64,000 bases of DNA from Squalus acanthias (GCA_030390025.1 CM059432.1:29948001-30012000), one strand, 5' to 3'; positions 1 through 14,169 are shown, counted from the first letter of the stretch. Notes: generated by a model from the sequence alone, not told the origin. Made by a program: numbers and translations.

Positions 1-1760
1 AAAAGTGTTATTGGATCGGAGCTATTCAAAAGCCAAGCTCTGACTGATAATACTCTGGCAAAAATACCTGATAATATTTTCAATAAACAAGTGCAACTTT
101 GTGATGGGGCAGGAATCATTCAACATCAACAGGATCAAGCAGTTCGTTCCAGAAAGAAGGACTTTGTAAATTAGTGACAATTCCTAGGGAGACTCTTAAC
201 CTCTCCCACCTGTCAAACTGGTTAATTATACACACAGCAAGGTCTTCTAATCAAACAACATGCTGGGTCATAAAAAGAGGGACCCCTTCAGTATCCACCC
301 CTTGCTATATTGGCACCGAGTCGTGTACTGCATTACTTGGAGAAGTTGCAGGGGAATCACCAGATTGAAGGCATGCCCCAAGACATAATTTAAAAATAAT
401 TGTAAAAATTATAAAAACAAAAAGGTCAAAAACTCAGCTGGAGCTGAATCATAGGTTTTGATGGCGAGAGTGAATTAGGAACGGACACAGGCTATGTTGC
501 AGAGGCAGAAGTAGCCGGTCTTGATGATAGATAGGATATGGGGTTTGAAGCTCAGCTCTGGGTCAAATAAGACAGAGGTTGCACACTGTCGGGTGCAATC
601 TACCTACAACCCATCAGGTCTAGAGGAGGCGATAGGTATTTCAACACAATTTTATTGGCCAAATACAAACGAGAGGGGAGCCGAAATCAGGAAAGTCTGG
701 TTTCTGATGCATCTACTGAATCTAATTAATTTCTGCAAATACGTGGATGCTCTGAGCCATGGATTCTTAGGGAAGAGTCAATATCAACATTACTCACATC
801 AAACTGGTTCAAGGACACAGGAATGTTGCAGTATAATCTCCTGTGCCTGAAGGAGTCCCTGAAGAACTTACTTTCTCATCTAAGACTTTGAGATACTTTT
901 CTTATACCTCAGGATCAATCCTAGCTAAAGAAATGTCCGTCAGTTCCACCACTGCAGCTATGTTGGACAACAAACACCACTGGCTTCCAGCACTGCCAAG
1001 ATTTGCCTTATGGGGGAGAGTTTGGGTCACAACTGGAAGAGGAGTTGAATCATCCACAGGGAGATGAGGAAAATCTAGGGGGTGGGAGCAACTAACCTTG
1101 GACCCAGTGTCACGCATCACCTCACAGTCAGCCAAAGACTGGAGTCAGTAGCAGCCACCAGATCATCTTGGGAATGTCAGTGGTGGATCAAAGAGGAAAA
1201 AAAAAATACAATAATTTATTATTTTTATTTTGTACGCTGCACCCTTGATGGGTGAGGGGGAGGGGGTAATTAAACAAAAATGGAATCACACAATTAGTAC
1301 TTTTCACTTGATTCAGAAAATTCCATTAATTCTCTGGGGCCTCTTGCAGGAGTTTAACACCATGTCAGTAACGACAGTCAGCACTTTTGGTGTTATTTAG
1401 AGAATATTATTTAACCTGTTGAATGCCCAAAGAGGCATTTAGGCTTCTTGGGAAAATATATACATGATCAGCGTTCCTGGATATATATTTATAGACTAGC
1501 TTCAATCCTCTGGGGGCCTATTTTTCAACTCCCTATTTTTACTGGGCAACTATAAAAATGACAGAGTCAGCATTTGTACTCCACAGTACATGACGGCAAT
1601 ACCTCAAGTACAGCGTCACAGATTCAGCTTTTTAAAAAAAAAACACAGGTTAAAAGTGAGCAATTTTGCCCCGCTTTCTCGGTGTAGAGGGATTCAAAGG
1701 AAAGAACTTTTCACGACCTCAGGACGTCCCAAAGCGCTTTACAGCCAATGAAGTACTTTT

Positions 1761-1918
1761 CCTTCTCCGTCATTCCTCTGTCGCTCTCTCACTCAATCCT
1801 TAAATCTCATTAGTTAAGGAGACAGAGTGTTGGTCCCGTCATTCACCAAGTTTCCAGATGCCCCGTTGCCCTTGCTGCACCGTTATCAGCTCACACATCA
1901 AGCAATTTACAGCGGAAA
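1761..1918 (-). mobile_element. Internal fragment of the same MITE family as 4534-7380
   Basis: Reverse-complement similarity to about 4612-4770. Confidence 0.7.
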
Positions 1919-2318
1919 CATAGAATAGTACAGCACAGAAGGAGGCCATTCGGCCCATCGAGTCTGCACCGACTCTTTCGAAGAGCAATCCAGTTAGTCC
2001 TACTCCCCCGCTCGTTCTCCATATCCCTGCAATTTTTATTCCTTCAAGTATTTATCCAATTCCCTTTTGAAGGCTACTACTGAATCTGTATTCACTATCC
2101 TATCAGGCAGTGCATTCCAAATCCTAACCACTCATTGCATAAATAAGTTTTTCCTCATGTCGCCCCTGGTTCTTTTTGCCAATCACCTTAAATCTGTGCC
2201 CTCTGGTTATCGACCCTTCAGCTATTGGAAACAGTTTTTCTGTTTACTCTATCTAAATCCTTCATGATTTTAAACCCCTCTATCAAATCTCTTCTTAGCC
2301 TTTTCTGCTCCATGGAAC
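1918..2318 (-). mobile_element. CR1 3' fragment
   Basis: EQKRLRRDLIE peptide and CR1 3'UTR. Confidence 0.8.
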
Positions 2319-2321
2319 CAT

Positions 2322-3919
2322 TTTGGAGCTGAAGGGAGAGAAAAAGTCGAACGGGGCACACCCGCACTGGATACAGCAAAGGCTGTGGGCCCCGACAACA
2401 TCCCGGCTGTCGTGCTGAAGACTTGTGCACCAGAACTAGCCGCGCCTCCAGCCAAGCTGTTCCAGTACAGCTATAACACTGGCATCCATCTGACAATGTG
2501 GAAAACTGCCCAGGTATGTCCTGTCCACAAAAAGCAGGACAAATCCAATCCGGCCAACTACTGCCCCATCAGTCTAATCTAAATCATCAGCAAGATGGAA
2601 GGCGTCATCGACAGCGCCATCAAGTAGCACTTACTCACCTGCTCACTGATGCCCAGTTTGGGTTCCGTCAGGACCACTCGGCTCCAGACCTCATTACAGC
2701 CTTGGTCCAAACATGGACAAAAGAGCTGAATTCCAGAGGTGAGGTGAGGCAAGAGTGACTGCCCTTGACATCAAGGCAACATTTGACAAGAGTGTGGCAT
2801 CAAGGAGCCCAAGTAAAACTGAATTCAATGGGAATCAGGGGGAAAACTCTCCACTGGCTGGAGTCATATCTAGCACAAAGGAAGATGGTTGTGGTGGTTG
2901 GAGGTCAATCATCACAGCCCCAGGACATCGCTGCAGGAGTTCCTCAGGGCAGTTTCCTAGGCACAACCACCTTCAGCTGCTTCATCAATGACCTTCCCTC
3001 CATCATAAGGTCAGAAGTGGGGATGTTTGCTGATGACTGCACAGTGTTCAGTGCCATTTGCAATTCCTCAGATAATGAAGCAGTCCATGCCTGCATGCAG
3101 CAAAACCTGAATGACATTCAGGCTTGGGCTGATAAGTGGCAGGTAACATTCACACCACACAAGTGCCAGGTAATGACCATCTCCAACAAGCAAGCTTCTA
3201 ACCACCGCCCCTTGACATTCAACGGCTTTCATCGCCGAATTCCCCCACCATCAATATCCTGGGGGGTCACCATTGACCAGAAACTTAACTGGACCAGCCA
3301 CAAATACTGTGGCTACAAGAGCAGGTCAGAGTCTGGGTGTTATACAGTAAGTGTCTCACCTCCTGACTCCCCAAAGCCTTTCCACCATCTACAAGGCACA
3401 AGCCAGAATGTGATGGAATACTCTCCACTTGCCTGGATGAGTGCAGCTCCAACAACACTCAAGAAGTTCGACACCATCCAAGACAAAGTAGCCCGCTTGA
3501 TCGACAACCCATCCACCACCTTAAACATTCACTCCCTCAACCACCGGCATACTGTGGCTGCAGTGTGTACCATCTACAAGATGCACTGCAGCAACTCACC
3601 AAGTCTTCTTCGGCAGCACCTCCCAAATCCGCGACCTCTACCACCTAGAAGGACAAGGGCAGCAGGCGCATGGGAACACCACCACCTCCAAGTTCCCCTG
3701 CAAGTCTCACATCATCCTGACTTGGAAATATATCGCCGTTCCTTCATCGTTGCTGGGTCAAAATCCTGGAACTCGCTCCCTAACAGCACTGTGGGAATAC
3801 CTTCACCACACAGACTGCAGTGGTTCAAGGCGGCTCACCGCCACCTTCTTGAGGGCACTTAGGGATGGGCAATAAATGCTGGCGTTGCCAACAACGCCCA
3901 CATCCCATGAACGAATAAT
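2322..3919 (+). mobile_element. 5'-truncated CR1-group LINE of a distinct (Zenon/L2-like) family, frameshifted RT
   Basis: GPDNIP...NYCPISL, QFGFR, GVPQGS, FADD; tail ggatgggcaataaatgctggc...cgcccacatccc. Confidence 0.85.
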
Positions 3920-3964
3920 AGATACCCCGCCTCAGCAAGTTCTGGGTCAATATGTTTGAGGACC

Positions 3965-4418
3965 AGTGCAGTCACTGTTGTAATGCAGGGAAATGCGGCA
4001 GCCAATTTGTACACATCAAAGTCCCACAAACAATATGATAATGACCAGATCATTTGTTTTTTAGTGTTCTGACGAAGGGAAACAGACCTGTTTCTCTCTC
4101 CACGGATGCTGCCTGACCTGCTGAGTGTTTCCAGCATTGTCTGTTGTTTTTTTTAGTGATGTTAGTTGAGGGATAAATATTGGCCAGGACACTAGGGATA
4201 ACTCCACTGCTCTTCTTCAAAATAGTACCATGCGTCTTTTATGTCCACTATACGTGGCCTCGGTTTAACACCCCATCCAAAAGACGGCACTTCCAACATA
4301 CTCCATCAATACTGCACTGGAGTGCCAGGCTAGATTATGTGCTCAAGAGTCTGGATTGGGACTTAAACCCACAACCTTCTGATTTTCCAAGGCGAGAGTG
4401 CTACTACTGAGCCACGGC
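3965..4418 (-). mobile_element. Deu-domain SINE, 3'-truncated
   Basis: Collinear with 16520-16880. Confidence 0.8.
4067..4147 (+). mobile_element. Penelope-type pLTR fragment inserted in a SINE
   Basis: ttCTGACGAaggg...gatgctgcctgacctgctgagt, flanked by a duplicated ttttttagtg. Confidence 0.7.
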
Positions 4419-5071
4419 TCAAAGGAGAACACACAAAATTAATAGGCACTTAAGACTTTCAAAAAAATCTTTTAAAGGGACAAGAGGATTACAAGCCATC
4501 AACGCAGCCTCTGCTGTGGTCCTCAAACACATTGGCCCAAATTTGCTGGAGTGGGGCATCTAGCGGTGTGCCCCGTTAGACTTTTTGTCCCACCCTCCAG
4601 CTCCAAATATCTTTGCGCTGCAAATTGCTTGATATGCGAGCTGATAACAGTGCGGCAAGGGTAACGGAGCATCTGGGACCTTGGTGAACGACGGGACCAA
4701 CACTCTATCTCCTTAACCAATGAGATATAAAGATTGAGAGTGACAGAGACAGAGAAAGGAATGAAGGAGAAGGAAAAAGGGTGAATTAGAATCAAATGAG
4801 GTACAGAAAGAGAAATAAAGAGGGAAAGATTTGATTGAGAGAGAGAGAAAAGAGAGACAAAGGAAAAATTAGAAAAAAAGGTAAAAATAAATTAAAAAAA
4901 AAATAAATCTCCAAGTAATTTACTATTGGTAGGACTGAGACTCCACAGTTTCAATTGTTAACCTCTCTGGCCCAGAGAGGTTAAGTGGCATTGCAGGAAT
5001 ATAAATCTCATCATTAAAAGAGTCCTTATGCTGTTAAGTACTAGCACTAACTTTCTGCCGTGGATTTACTT

Positions 5072-5868
5072 CATAGAAACATAGAAGATAGGAGCAGGAG
5101 TAGGCCATTCGGCCCCTCGAGCCTGTTCCGCCATTTAATGAGATCATGGCTGATCATCCAAATTCAGTACCCTGTCCCTGCTTTCTCCCCATATCCCTTG
5201 AGCCTTAAGAAATATATCTAACTCCTTCTTGAATATATTTAATGAATTGGCCTCAACTGCCTTGTGTGGTAGAGAATTCCACAGGTTCACCACTCTCTGG
5301 GTGAAGAAATTCCTCCTCATCTCAGTCCTAAATGGCTTACCCCTTATCCTTAGACTGTGATCCCTGGATCTGGACTCCCCCGCCATCGGGAACATCCTTC
5401 CTGCATCTAGTCTGTCTAGTCCTGTTAGAATTTTATAAGTTTCAATGAGATCCCCTCTCATTCTTCTAAACTCTAGCGAATATAAGCCTAATCGACCCAA
5501 TCTCTCTTCATACGTCATTTCTGCCATCCCAGGTATCAGTCTGGTGAATCTTCGCTGCACTCTCTCCATGGCAAGAACATCCTTCCTCAGATAAGGTGAC
5601 CAAAACTGCACAATACTCACGGTGTGGTCTCACCAAGGCCCTGTACAACTGCAGCAAGACATCCTTGCTCCTGTACTCGAATCCTCTCGCTATGAAGACC
5701 AACATACCATTTGCCTTCTTAACCACCTGCTGCACCTGCACGCTTACCTTCAGCGACTGGTGCACAAGGACACCCAGGTCTAGTTGCACTTCCCCTTTTC
5801 CCAATCTATTGCCGTTCAGGTAATAATGTCTTCCTGTTTTTGCCACCGAAGTGGATAACCTCGCATTT
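5072..5868 (-). mobile_element. CR1 3' fragment (copy A)
   Basis: RT C-terminus; ttctatgtttctatg tail. Confidence 0.9.
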
Positions 5869-7166
5869 TTTTTTAAAGATAGGAGCAGGAGTAGGCCATT
5901 CGGCCCCTCGAGCCTGCTCCGCCATTCGATGAGATCATGGCTGATCAGCCAAATTCAGTACCCTGTCCCTGCCTTCTCCCCATATCCCTTGACACCTTTA
6001 GCCTGAAGAAATATATCTAACTCCTTCTTGAATATATTTACTGACTTGGCCTCAACTGCCTTCTGTGGTAGAGAATTCCACAGGTTCACCACTCTCTGGG
6101 TGAAGAAATTCCTCCTCATCTCTGTCCTAAATGGCTTACCCCTTATCTTTAGACTGTGACCTCTTGTTCTGGACTCACCTGCCATCGGGAACATCCTTCC
6201 TGCATCCAGTCTGTCTAGCCCTGTTAGAATTTTATAAGTTTCAATGAGATCTCCTCTCATTCTTCTAAACTCCAGCGAGTATAAGCCCAATCGACCCAAT
6301 CTCTCCTTGTACGTCATTCCTGCCATCCCAGGTGTCAGTCTGGTGAATCTTCGCTGCACACCCTCCATGGCAAGAACATCCTTCCTCAGATAAGGCGACC
6401 AAAACTGCACACAATACTCAAGGTGTGGTCTCACCAAGGCCCTGTACAACTGCAGCAAAAAGACATACTTGTTCCTGTACTCAAACCCTCTTGCTACGAA
6501 GGCCAACATACCATTTGCCTTCTTAACCGCCTGCTGTACCTGCATGCTTACCTTCAGCGACTGGTGCACAAGGACACCCAAGTCTCGTTGCACTTCCCCT
6601 TTTCCCAATCTATTGCCGTTCAGATAATAATCTGCCTTTCTGTTTTTGCCACCAAAGTGGATAACCTCGCATTTATCCACATTATACTGCATCTGCCATG
6701 CTTCTGCCCAATCACCCAACCTGTCCAAATCATACTGGAGTTTCTCTGCATCCTCCTCACAACACACACGCCCACCCAGCTTTGTGTCGTCTGCAAACTT
6801 GGAGATATTACATCTAGTTCCCTCGTCTAGATCATTTATATATATTGTGAATAGCTGGGGTCCTAGCACCGATCCCTGCGGTACCCCACTAGTCACTGCC
6901 TGCCACTCGGAAAAAGACCCGTTTATTCCAACTCTTTGCTTCCTGTCTGCCAACCAGTTCTCTATCCAAGACAGTACCTTACCCCCAATCCCGTGTGCTT
7001 TAACTTTTCACGCTAATCTCTTATGCGGGACCTTATCGAAAGCCTTCTGAAAGTCCAAATACACCACATCCACTGGTTCTCCCTTATCTATTCTACCAGT
7101 TACATCCTCAAAAAATTCCAGTAGATCAGTCAAGCATGATTTACCAGTTGTAAATCCATGTTGACT
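5869..7166 (-). mobile_element. CR1 3' fragment (copy B), young
   Basis: 332-aa open RT frame at 5955-6953, highly similar to the intact ORF2. Confidence 0.92.
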
Positions 7167-7563
7167 TAATGCACAAAAAAATGCAGCAATTTCTAGTAGC
7201 TTACATGGAGGTTGACGGTGAGCTGCCATTTTCACAAGGCTAATGTCAAATCGTCCAGCAATTTGTGGGGATTCACACCTCACAGGTATCTCTTTATTGC
7301 CATAAATTGCTTGACGATACGCACACTAATAACAGTGTGCGCAATAAACTCTCAGTTGTTTTACCAGCAAATTCTGGGCCATTATACGAAAAAGAGAGTC
7401 ATAACGGCACAGAAGGAGGTCATTCGGCCCATCAAGTCTGTGATATATGAAAGGTAGAACAGAGATAACAAAAAAATCTCCCCAGGAACAAAACATCAGC
7501 AGCAGATAATTTTTTGATAAATTGACAGACTGAGAGATGGAGAGATTCAGGAGCCTGCAAGCA

Positions 7564-10500
7564 AGACATAAGAAATAGGAGCAGGGGTGGGCCATTTGGC
7601 CCCTCGAGCCTGCTCTGCCATTCAATAAGATCATGGCTGATCTGATCTTGGCCTCAACTCCACTTTCCTGCCCGCTGCCCATAACCCTCGACTCCCCTAT
7701 AGTTCAAAAATCTGTCTATCTCCACCGTAAATATATTCAATGACCCAGCCTCTACAGCTCTCTGGGGTAGAGAATTCCAAAGATTCACAACCCTCAGAAG
7801 AAATTCCTCCTCATCTCCGTTTTAAATGGGCGACCCCTTATTCTGAAACTATGCCCTCTAGTTCTAGATTTCCCCGACGAGGGAAAACATTCTCTCTGCA
7901 TCCACCCCGTCAAGCCCCCTCAAAATCTTATATGTTTCAATAAGATCACCTCTCATTCTTCTAAACTCCAATGAGTATCGACCCAACCTGCTCAACCTTT
8001 CTTCATAAGACAACCCCCTCATCTCAGGAATCAACCTAGTGAACCTTCTCTGAACTGCCTCCAATGCAAGTATATCCCTCCTTAAATAAGGAGAACAAAA
8101 CTGTACGTAGTACTCCAGGTGTGGTCTCACCAGCGCCCTGTACAGTTGTAGCAAGACTTCCCTACTTTTATACTCCATCTCCCTTGCAATAAAGGCCAAC
8201 ATTCCATTTGCCTTCCTAATTACTTGCTGTACCTGCTTGCTAACTTTTTGTGCTTTATGTACCCCCAGATCCCTCTGTACCGCAGTATTTTGTAGTCTCT
8301 CTCCATTTAAATAATAATTTGCTTTTTTATTCTTCCTACCAAAGTGGATAACCTCACATTTTCGCACATTATACTCCATTTGCCAAATGTTTGCCCACTC
8401 ACTTAACCTATCTATATCCCTGTGCAGATTCTGTGTCCTCCTCACAACTTGCTTTCCCACTTATCTTTGTATCATCAGCAAATTTCACTACATTACACTA
8501 GGTCCCTTCATCCAAGTCATTAATATAGATTGTAAACAGTTGAGGCCCCAGCACTGATACCACTAGTTACAGTTTGCCAACCTGAAAATTACCCATTGAT
8601 ATACTTGCATTGGAGGGAGTTCAACTCTTTGTTTTCTGTTAGTTAGCCAATCCTCTATCCATGCTAATATATTACCCCTAACCCCGTGAGCTCTTATCTT
8701 GTGCAGTAACCTTTTATATGGCACTTTATCGAATGCCTTCTGGAAATCCAAATACACATCTATCTACTGGTTCCCCTTTATCCACCCTGCTCGTTACATC
8801 CTCAGAGAACACTAGCAAATTTGTCAAACATGATTTCCCTTTCATAAAACCATGCTGACTCTGCTTGATTGTATTATGATTTTCTAAATGTCCTGCTACT
8901 ACTTCCTTAATAATGGACTCCAGCATTTTCCCAATGACAGATGTTAGGCTAACTGGCCTATAGTTTCCTGCTTTCTGTCTCCCTCCTTTCTTGAATAGGG
9001 GCGTTACATTTGCGGTTTTCCAATCCGCTGGGACCTCTCCAGAATCCAGGGAATTTTGGTAGATTACAACCAATTCATCCACTATCTCTGCAGCCATTTC
9101 TTTCAAGACCCTAGGATGCAGGCCATCAGGTCCAGGGGACTTGTCCACCTTTAGACCCATTAGTTTGCCTAGTACTTTTTCTCTAGTGATAGTCATTGTT
9201 TTAAGTTCCTCCCTCCCTATAGCCCCTTGATTATCTATTATTATTGGGATGCTTTTAGTGTCTTCTACCGTGAAGACCGATACAAAATATTTGTTCAAAG
9301 TCTCTGCCATTTCCCTGTTTCCCATTATTAATTCCCCAGTCTCATTATCTACAAGGGACATTTACTTTAGCTACTCTCTTCCTTTTTATATACCTGTAGA
9401 AGCTCTTACTGTCTGTTTTTATATTTCTTGCTAGTTTACTCTCATAATCTATCTTCTCCCTCTTTATTATTTTTTCAGTCATCCTTTGCTGGTTTCTAAA
9501 AATTTCCCCAATCCTCTGGCCTGCCACTAATCTTCGCAACATTGTATGCCTTTGTTTTCAATTTGATACCATCCTTAACTTCCTTAGTTAGCCATGGATG
9601 GCTCATCCTTCTCAAGAGTCTTTCTTTCTCACTGGAATATATCTTTGCTGAGAGTTATGAAATATCTCCTTAAATGTCTGCCACTGCTTATCTACCATTT
9701 TACCCTTTAATCTATTTTCCCAGTCAACTTTAGCCAACTCTGCCTTCATACTTTTGTAATTGCCTTTATTTAAGTTCAGGACATTGGTTTGAGACCCAAG
9801 TTTCTCACCCTCAAACTGAATTTGAAATTCTAACATGCTATGATCACTCTTCCCTAGAGGATCCTTTACTATGAGATCATTAATTAATCCTATCTCATTA
9901 CACAATACCAGATCTAAAATAGCCTGCTCCCTGGTTGGTTCTACAACGTATTGTTCTAAGAAAACATCCCGAATATACTCTATGAACTCGTCCTCAAGGC
10001 TACCTTTGCCAATTTGATTTGTCCAATCTATATGAAGATTAAAATCGCCCATGATTATTGCAGTACCTTTCTTACAAGCCTCCATTATTTCTTGATTTAT
10101 ACTCTGTCCTACAGTGTAGCTACTGTTAGGGGGCCTATAGACTACTCCCACCAGTGACTTCTTTCCCTTATTATTTTTTATCTCCACCCAAACTGATTCT
10201 ACATCTTGATCTTCTGAGCCAATATCATTTCTCACTACTGCACTGATCTCATCCTTTATTAACAGAGCTTCCTCACCTCCTTTTCCTTTCTGCCTATCCT
10301 TCCGAAATGTCAAATACCCCTGAATATTCAGCCTTGGTCACCTTGCAACCACATCTCTATAATGGCTCTCAGATCATATCCAGTTATTTCTATTTGTGCC
10401 GCCAACTCATCTATCTTGTTTCGAATGCTGCGTGCATTCAGATAAAGAGCTTTTAATTTTGTCTTTATACCATTTTTCCCTACTCTGACTCTACTTTCTG

Positions 10501-10690
10501 GTGCACTCTTATATTTATACGCTCTGTCCCTTCCTGTCACACTCTGGTTATCATTACCCCTATCGCTACCCTGCACTATTGCCTTCTCCTTTATCTTTGA
10601 CTTTTTAAATTTCCCCTCACCTGAACCCTCCCCCCAACTATTTAGTTTGAAGCTCTATCTACAGCCCTAGTCATTCGATTCGCCAGAACC
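7564..10690 (-). mobile_element. CR1 copy spanning all of ORF2 to the ORF1 end, disrupted
   Basis: ORF fragments [32 protein letters not shown] and RT C-terminus. Confidence 0.92.
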
Positions 10691-11646
10691 ACAAAGGTAA
10701 TAATCTCTGGATTACTACCTGAGCCACGAGCAAAGAGGGAGAAGAGTGGTAACTGAGTGGGATAAATAATTCAGCCTGTTACCGATAACTATATTACCAG
10801 AGCCACAGTTAAAGAACAGAAGCATGGGGAAAGAAAATGTCATCTGGTCATGAACAAGACCATCCACAATTTGCACTCTTGTGGACCTCCACCATCACCT
10901 GGATAAAATTATTTAACAACAGCTCTACAATGTTAGTCCAACATTATAAACAAGGTTATTCACCAGCACAACTTGTATTCCACGGAGGATGGAACAGAAC
11001 TGGAGCCATTGTGTTCCATAGCGTATTAAATCACCTGTCTATATTTGTCATTTCAAAAAGAGTGAAGGTTATAATGACTGCTTAAGCAACAGGGGTAGAT
11101 GAACAGTGCAGTGGGTTAGCATACGGTCCTGTCATCTTTAGTACCTAGATTTGAGTCCAGCATAGACTGATAGGGGCTCTCTTTCAGTCTGCTAGCTGGA
11201 AAGATTCTATGCAAAATGAGCTTCAACCCAATTCCTAATAGGTATATGCCCACACCATACCCGTGCCACTAATGTGACAACCTTACTCAGAGAGCACAGG
11301 ATAACTGTTGCAGGGAATGAAAAAATTAAATTCTGTACAGGGTTACAGTTCTTCTAAAATTGTGCCTGGTGCACAAAGCTGGGGAGTTTTACTGAGCATC
11401 TAATAATGTTGTGTGAGTGTTTGATGTTGACTGGGTGCCTAAAATGGGGCAGTGTTCCATTTACCAGCATTAACATCCCTAGTCCGATGAGCAAAAAATG
11501 TATCCCTCCCTACCACACATGCAAAAAAAAAACCAGAACAGTAACAGCAAATTTTGAAAAGGGATCCCCTTTAAAAGAAATAAACCAAACCTACTAGTAA
11601 CAAACAGTAAGTCAATAAACTTTTCCTCCTATTCACTTTAATGTAC

Positions 11647-11778
11647 CTTTGCTCCTAGTGGGCAGTATCCCTTCAGGAAATCTCGGCAAACTTCAGCCTT
11701 CCTAGACACATACACGTGGCTGTAAGGGCAGTTGTTGTTGCTGCAGATCCCTCGGAGGTAGTAAGAGCAAACTGGCAT
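11647..11778 (-). CDS. ZC3H3: ZC3H3 exon, CCCH fingers 3-4 (MPVCSYYLRGICSNNNCPYSHVYVSRKAEVCRDFLKGYCPLGAK)
   Basis: Translated by hand: 132 bp, 44 codons. ttgtag|ATG acceptor, AAAG|gtacat donor. The next expected exon (CKKKH...) was not seen in the window. Confidence 0.96.
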
Positions 11779-12424
11779 CTACAATGCAAGCAGAAAATAA
11801 CATTGAACTTTTATGAGACAGGCGTTCCAATTGCTGATCAATGAAAATAGAATAAAGGACAAACAGCAATCTGCAAACGGCCGACTGGTTCAATTTCAGG
11901 TTTTCTTTTTTTTTAAGTACCTGCTTGCGCTTTCAACAGTTTCTCAGTTCCCCTTAAGTGAACATTGTCCCTTAGGATCTGAAAGTTGTAATTTTTATTG
12001 AACATCTACATAGATGCATTATCCACCAACTAACAATTGCTTGTACTCGCCGTAATCTGTTTACTGGAATGCACGTAGTCTGGTGCTACGCCATCAATCA
12101 ATTCGGTGTTGCGGAATATCGAACAGAGCTTTTACAGACTTAAGTGCATATTGGTAATGCTGCTTCAAAAGTGTTCTGGGATCACTGCATTCTTTCTATC
12201 TGCTATAGGTAATCTACTGCCTTGCTTTGATACACAACTAGAGAGGACCAATTTCAAAGTGTAAAAAGTAAAAGATCCCACCTCCACAACTTACATGTCT
12301 CTATAAAGGATACACGTGGTTCAGTATAATACTTATTCACAATTTACAGAACACAACAAAATGATCAGAAATAGTAATCCTAGAACCATATAACGTTCAA
12401 TCAAATGCTCTTAGCAATTTTAAA

Positions 12425-12700
12425 AATAGAGCTAGGCCATTCAGGAGTGAATTCAGGAAGCACTTTTTCCACATAAAAGGTAGTGTAAATCTTGAATTCT
12501 CTCCCCCAAAAGGCTGTGGATGCTGGATCATTTGAAATTTTCAAGACAGAGATTGATAGATTTTTGTTAGGAAGGGTATCAAAGGATATAGATTTAAGGC
12601 AAGTAAATGGAGTTGAGGTACAGATCAGCCATGATCCAACTGAATAGCAGAACAGGCTCAGGGAGCTGAACAGCCTACTCCTGTTCCTATATTCCTATGT
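12425..12700 (+). mobile_element. CR1 3' fragment
   Basis: CR1 3'UTR gatcagccatgat...cctactcctgttcctat. Confidence 0.75.
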
Positions 12701-14169
12701 AATATGTACAAGGAAGTAATTACCTATTTGAATTTTCAGGAATCAAGATAAGCAGTCAATTGTGCTGCACAAAATTTCTTGAAATGTTTTTTTTTCTCCA
12801 TGATGAACAAGAACTGTAGAACTAGTGCACTTTCCTCTGATGTCCAAAATTACAAATAAGCTCAACAAAGTCCAAGTATTAAACAAATACCCATTAAAAC
12901 ACCGAAGAAAGGCATAACTGAGCTGATTAAGAAAACATTTCATCTGATGGTTTTCAAAGCAGTGAGTAATTTTTAAGTTCAATCAGAAACTGCGTTCATG
13001 TCTGTGGAAGACCTGCTGAGGTCAACTATAATGTCACTGTAACCAAGATGATGCATTCTGATCCAAGGGATTAAATTCTGGAACCTTCTGGTGTGTGTCA
13101 CTTTGGGCTGTACAATATGGTGCAATTAATCAGCAAGCCATCAGGAGAGCTTCTCAGACCATAAACCACTCAGTGGCTAAATGGTGTGGAGTAGGCCTTC
13201 GAAGATACTGATATGCAGTCCCTCCGAGTGAACTGCGTTATGTTAACCACCTCCATGGATGATCAGAAAATCTGCATGTGGAGCAGGGGGAAGAGAAGAA
13301 ACCACAAACAGGAAGTTTACAGGGGCACAAACCAATATCTTACCACTCCATGGAACATCCTACCAGAGCAGTGCATCACTCAAGAAAGATCAGGTGTACA
13401 ATAACATAACGTTCGGAATGAGAAAAGTCCATTTAGCCTATCAAGACTGTTTCATCTAGAGGCTTTACATAATGATTCTGTCATGGATATCCCCTTCCCT
13501 CCAGTACTACCGGTCGATCCTCTACCTTAAGGAACACTAAGCTCCTTCCCTACCTCTTCTGACAAAAAATCAAGCAGTGCTCTTAAATATCTCTATAGCC
13601 CTCAATCTGGCTTAATAACAGAAAAGCTAAACTTATGTAGAACATTTTTTAAATTGATAAGGGTGAACCATTTGGTTGGGGTTTATTTTTTTAAACCTTA
13701 CAAGGATTAAGAGGCTCAGTACATTCTGTAAAGCTAACAGCAACTCTTCAATTCCATTTTTGGTTTCTTATGTTGTAAATGTGAGGTTAGAAAATGTAAT
13801 GTTCCACAGATCACATTTGGATAGCACCATACATCATTGCCTAGCTTGGAGCAGCTGTTCTTTTCTAGTTATCACATTCATTGTGAGCTCAGCAAACAAC
13901 AGAATTACTTGAAAACGTTAGGAATTCCAGAACCTGTGTAATTAACCTTTCGCCCACACTGGGAAAGGTTTCTCATTCCTCCAACCAAAAAAAAACAAAA
14001 ATCAGGAAAGACTTTTGCTTTAATTTCAATTTCCTAAACGTTTGTATTGGTGAAGACTAAAAGTTAACAAGCAGCTCAACAGTGCATAGGGTCTGTGCGT
14101 CAACATGTCTCTCTCTCTTATCGCGAAATGGCATTTTGGCTCATTATTCCTCAGATTTTTCATTTTATT

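Larger units (their letters stand above)
4534..7380. mobile_element. Harbinger-like MITE split by a CR1 insertion
   Basis: TIRs ggcccaaatttgctgg / ccagcaaattctgggcc; 3-bp TSD ATT on both sides. Confidence 0.8.

Noticed and set aside
902..1135. Minus-strand ORF as the next ZC3H3 exon
   Set aside because: Lacks the expected CKKKH/CPDF finger sequence and has no recognisable homology; the putative donor is weak.
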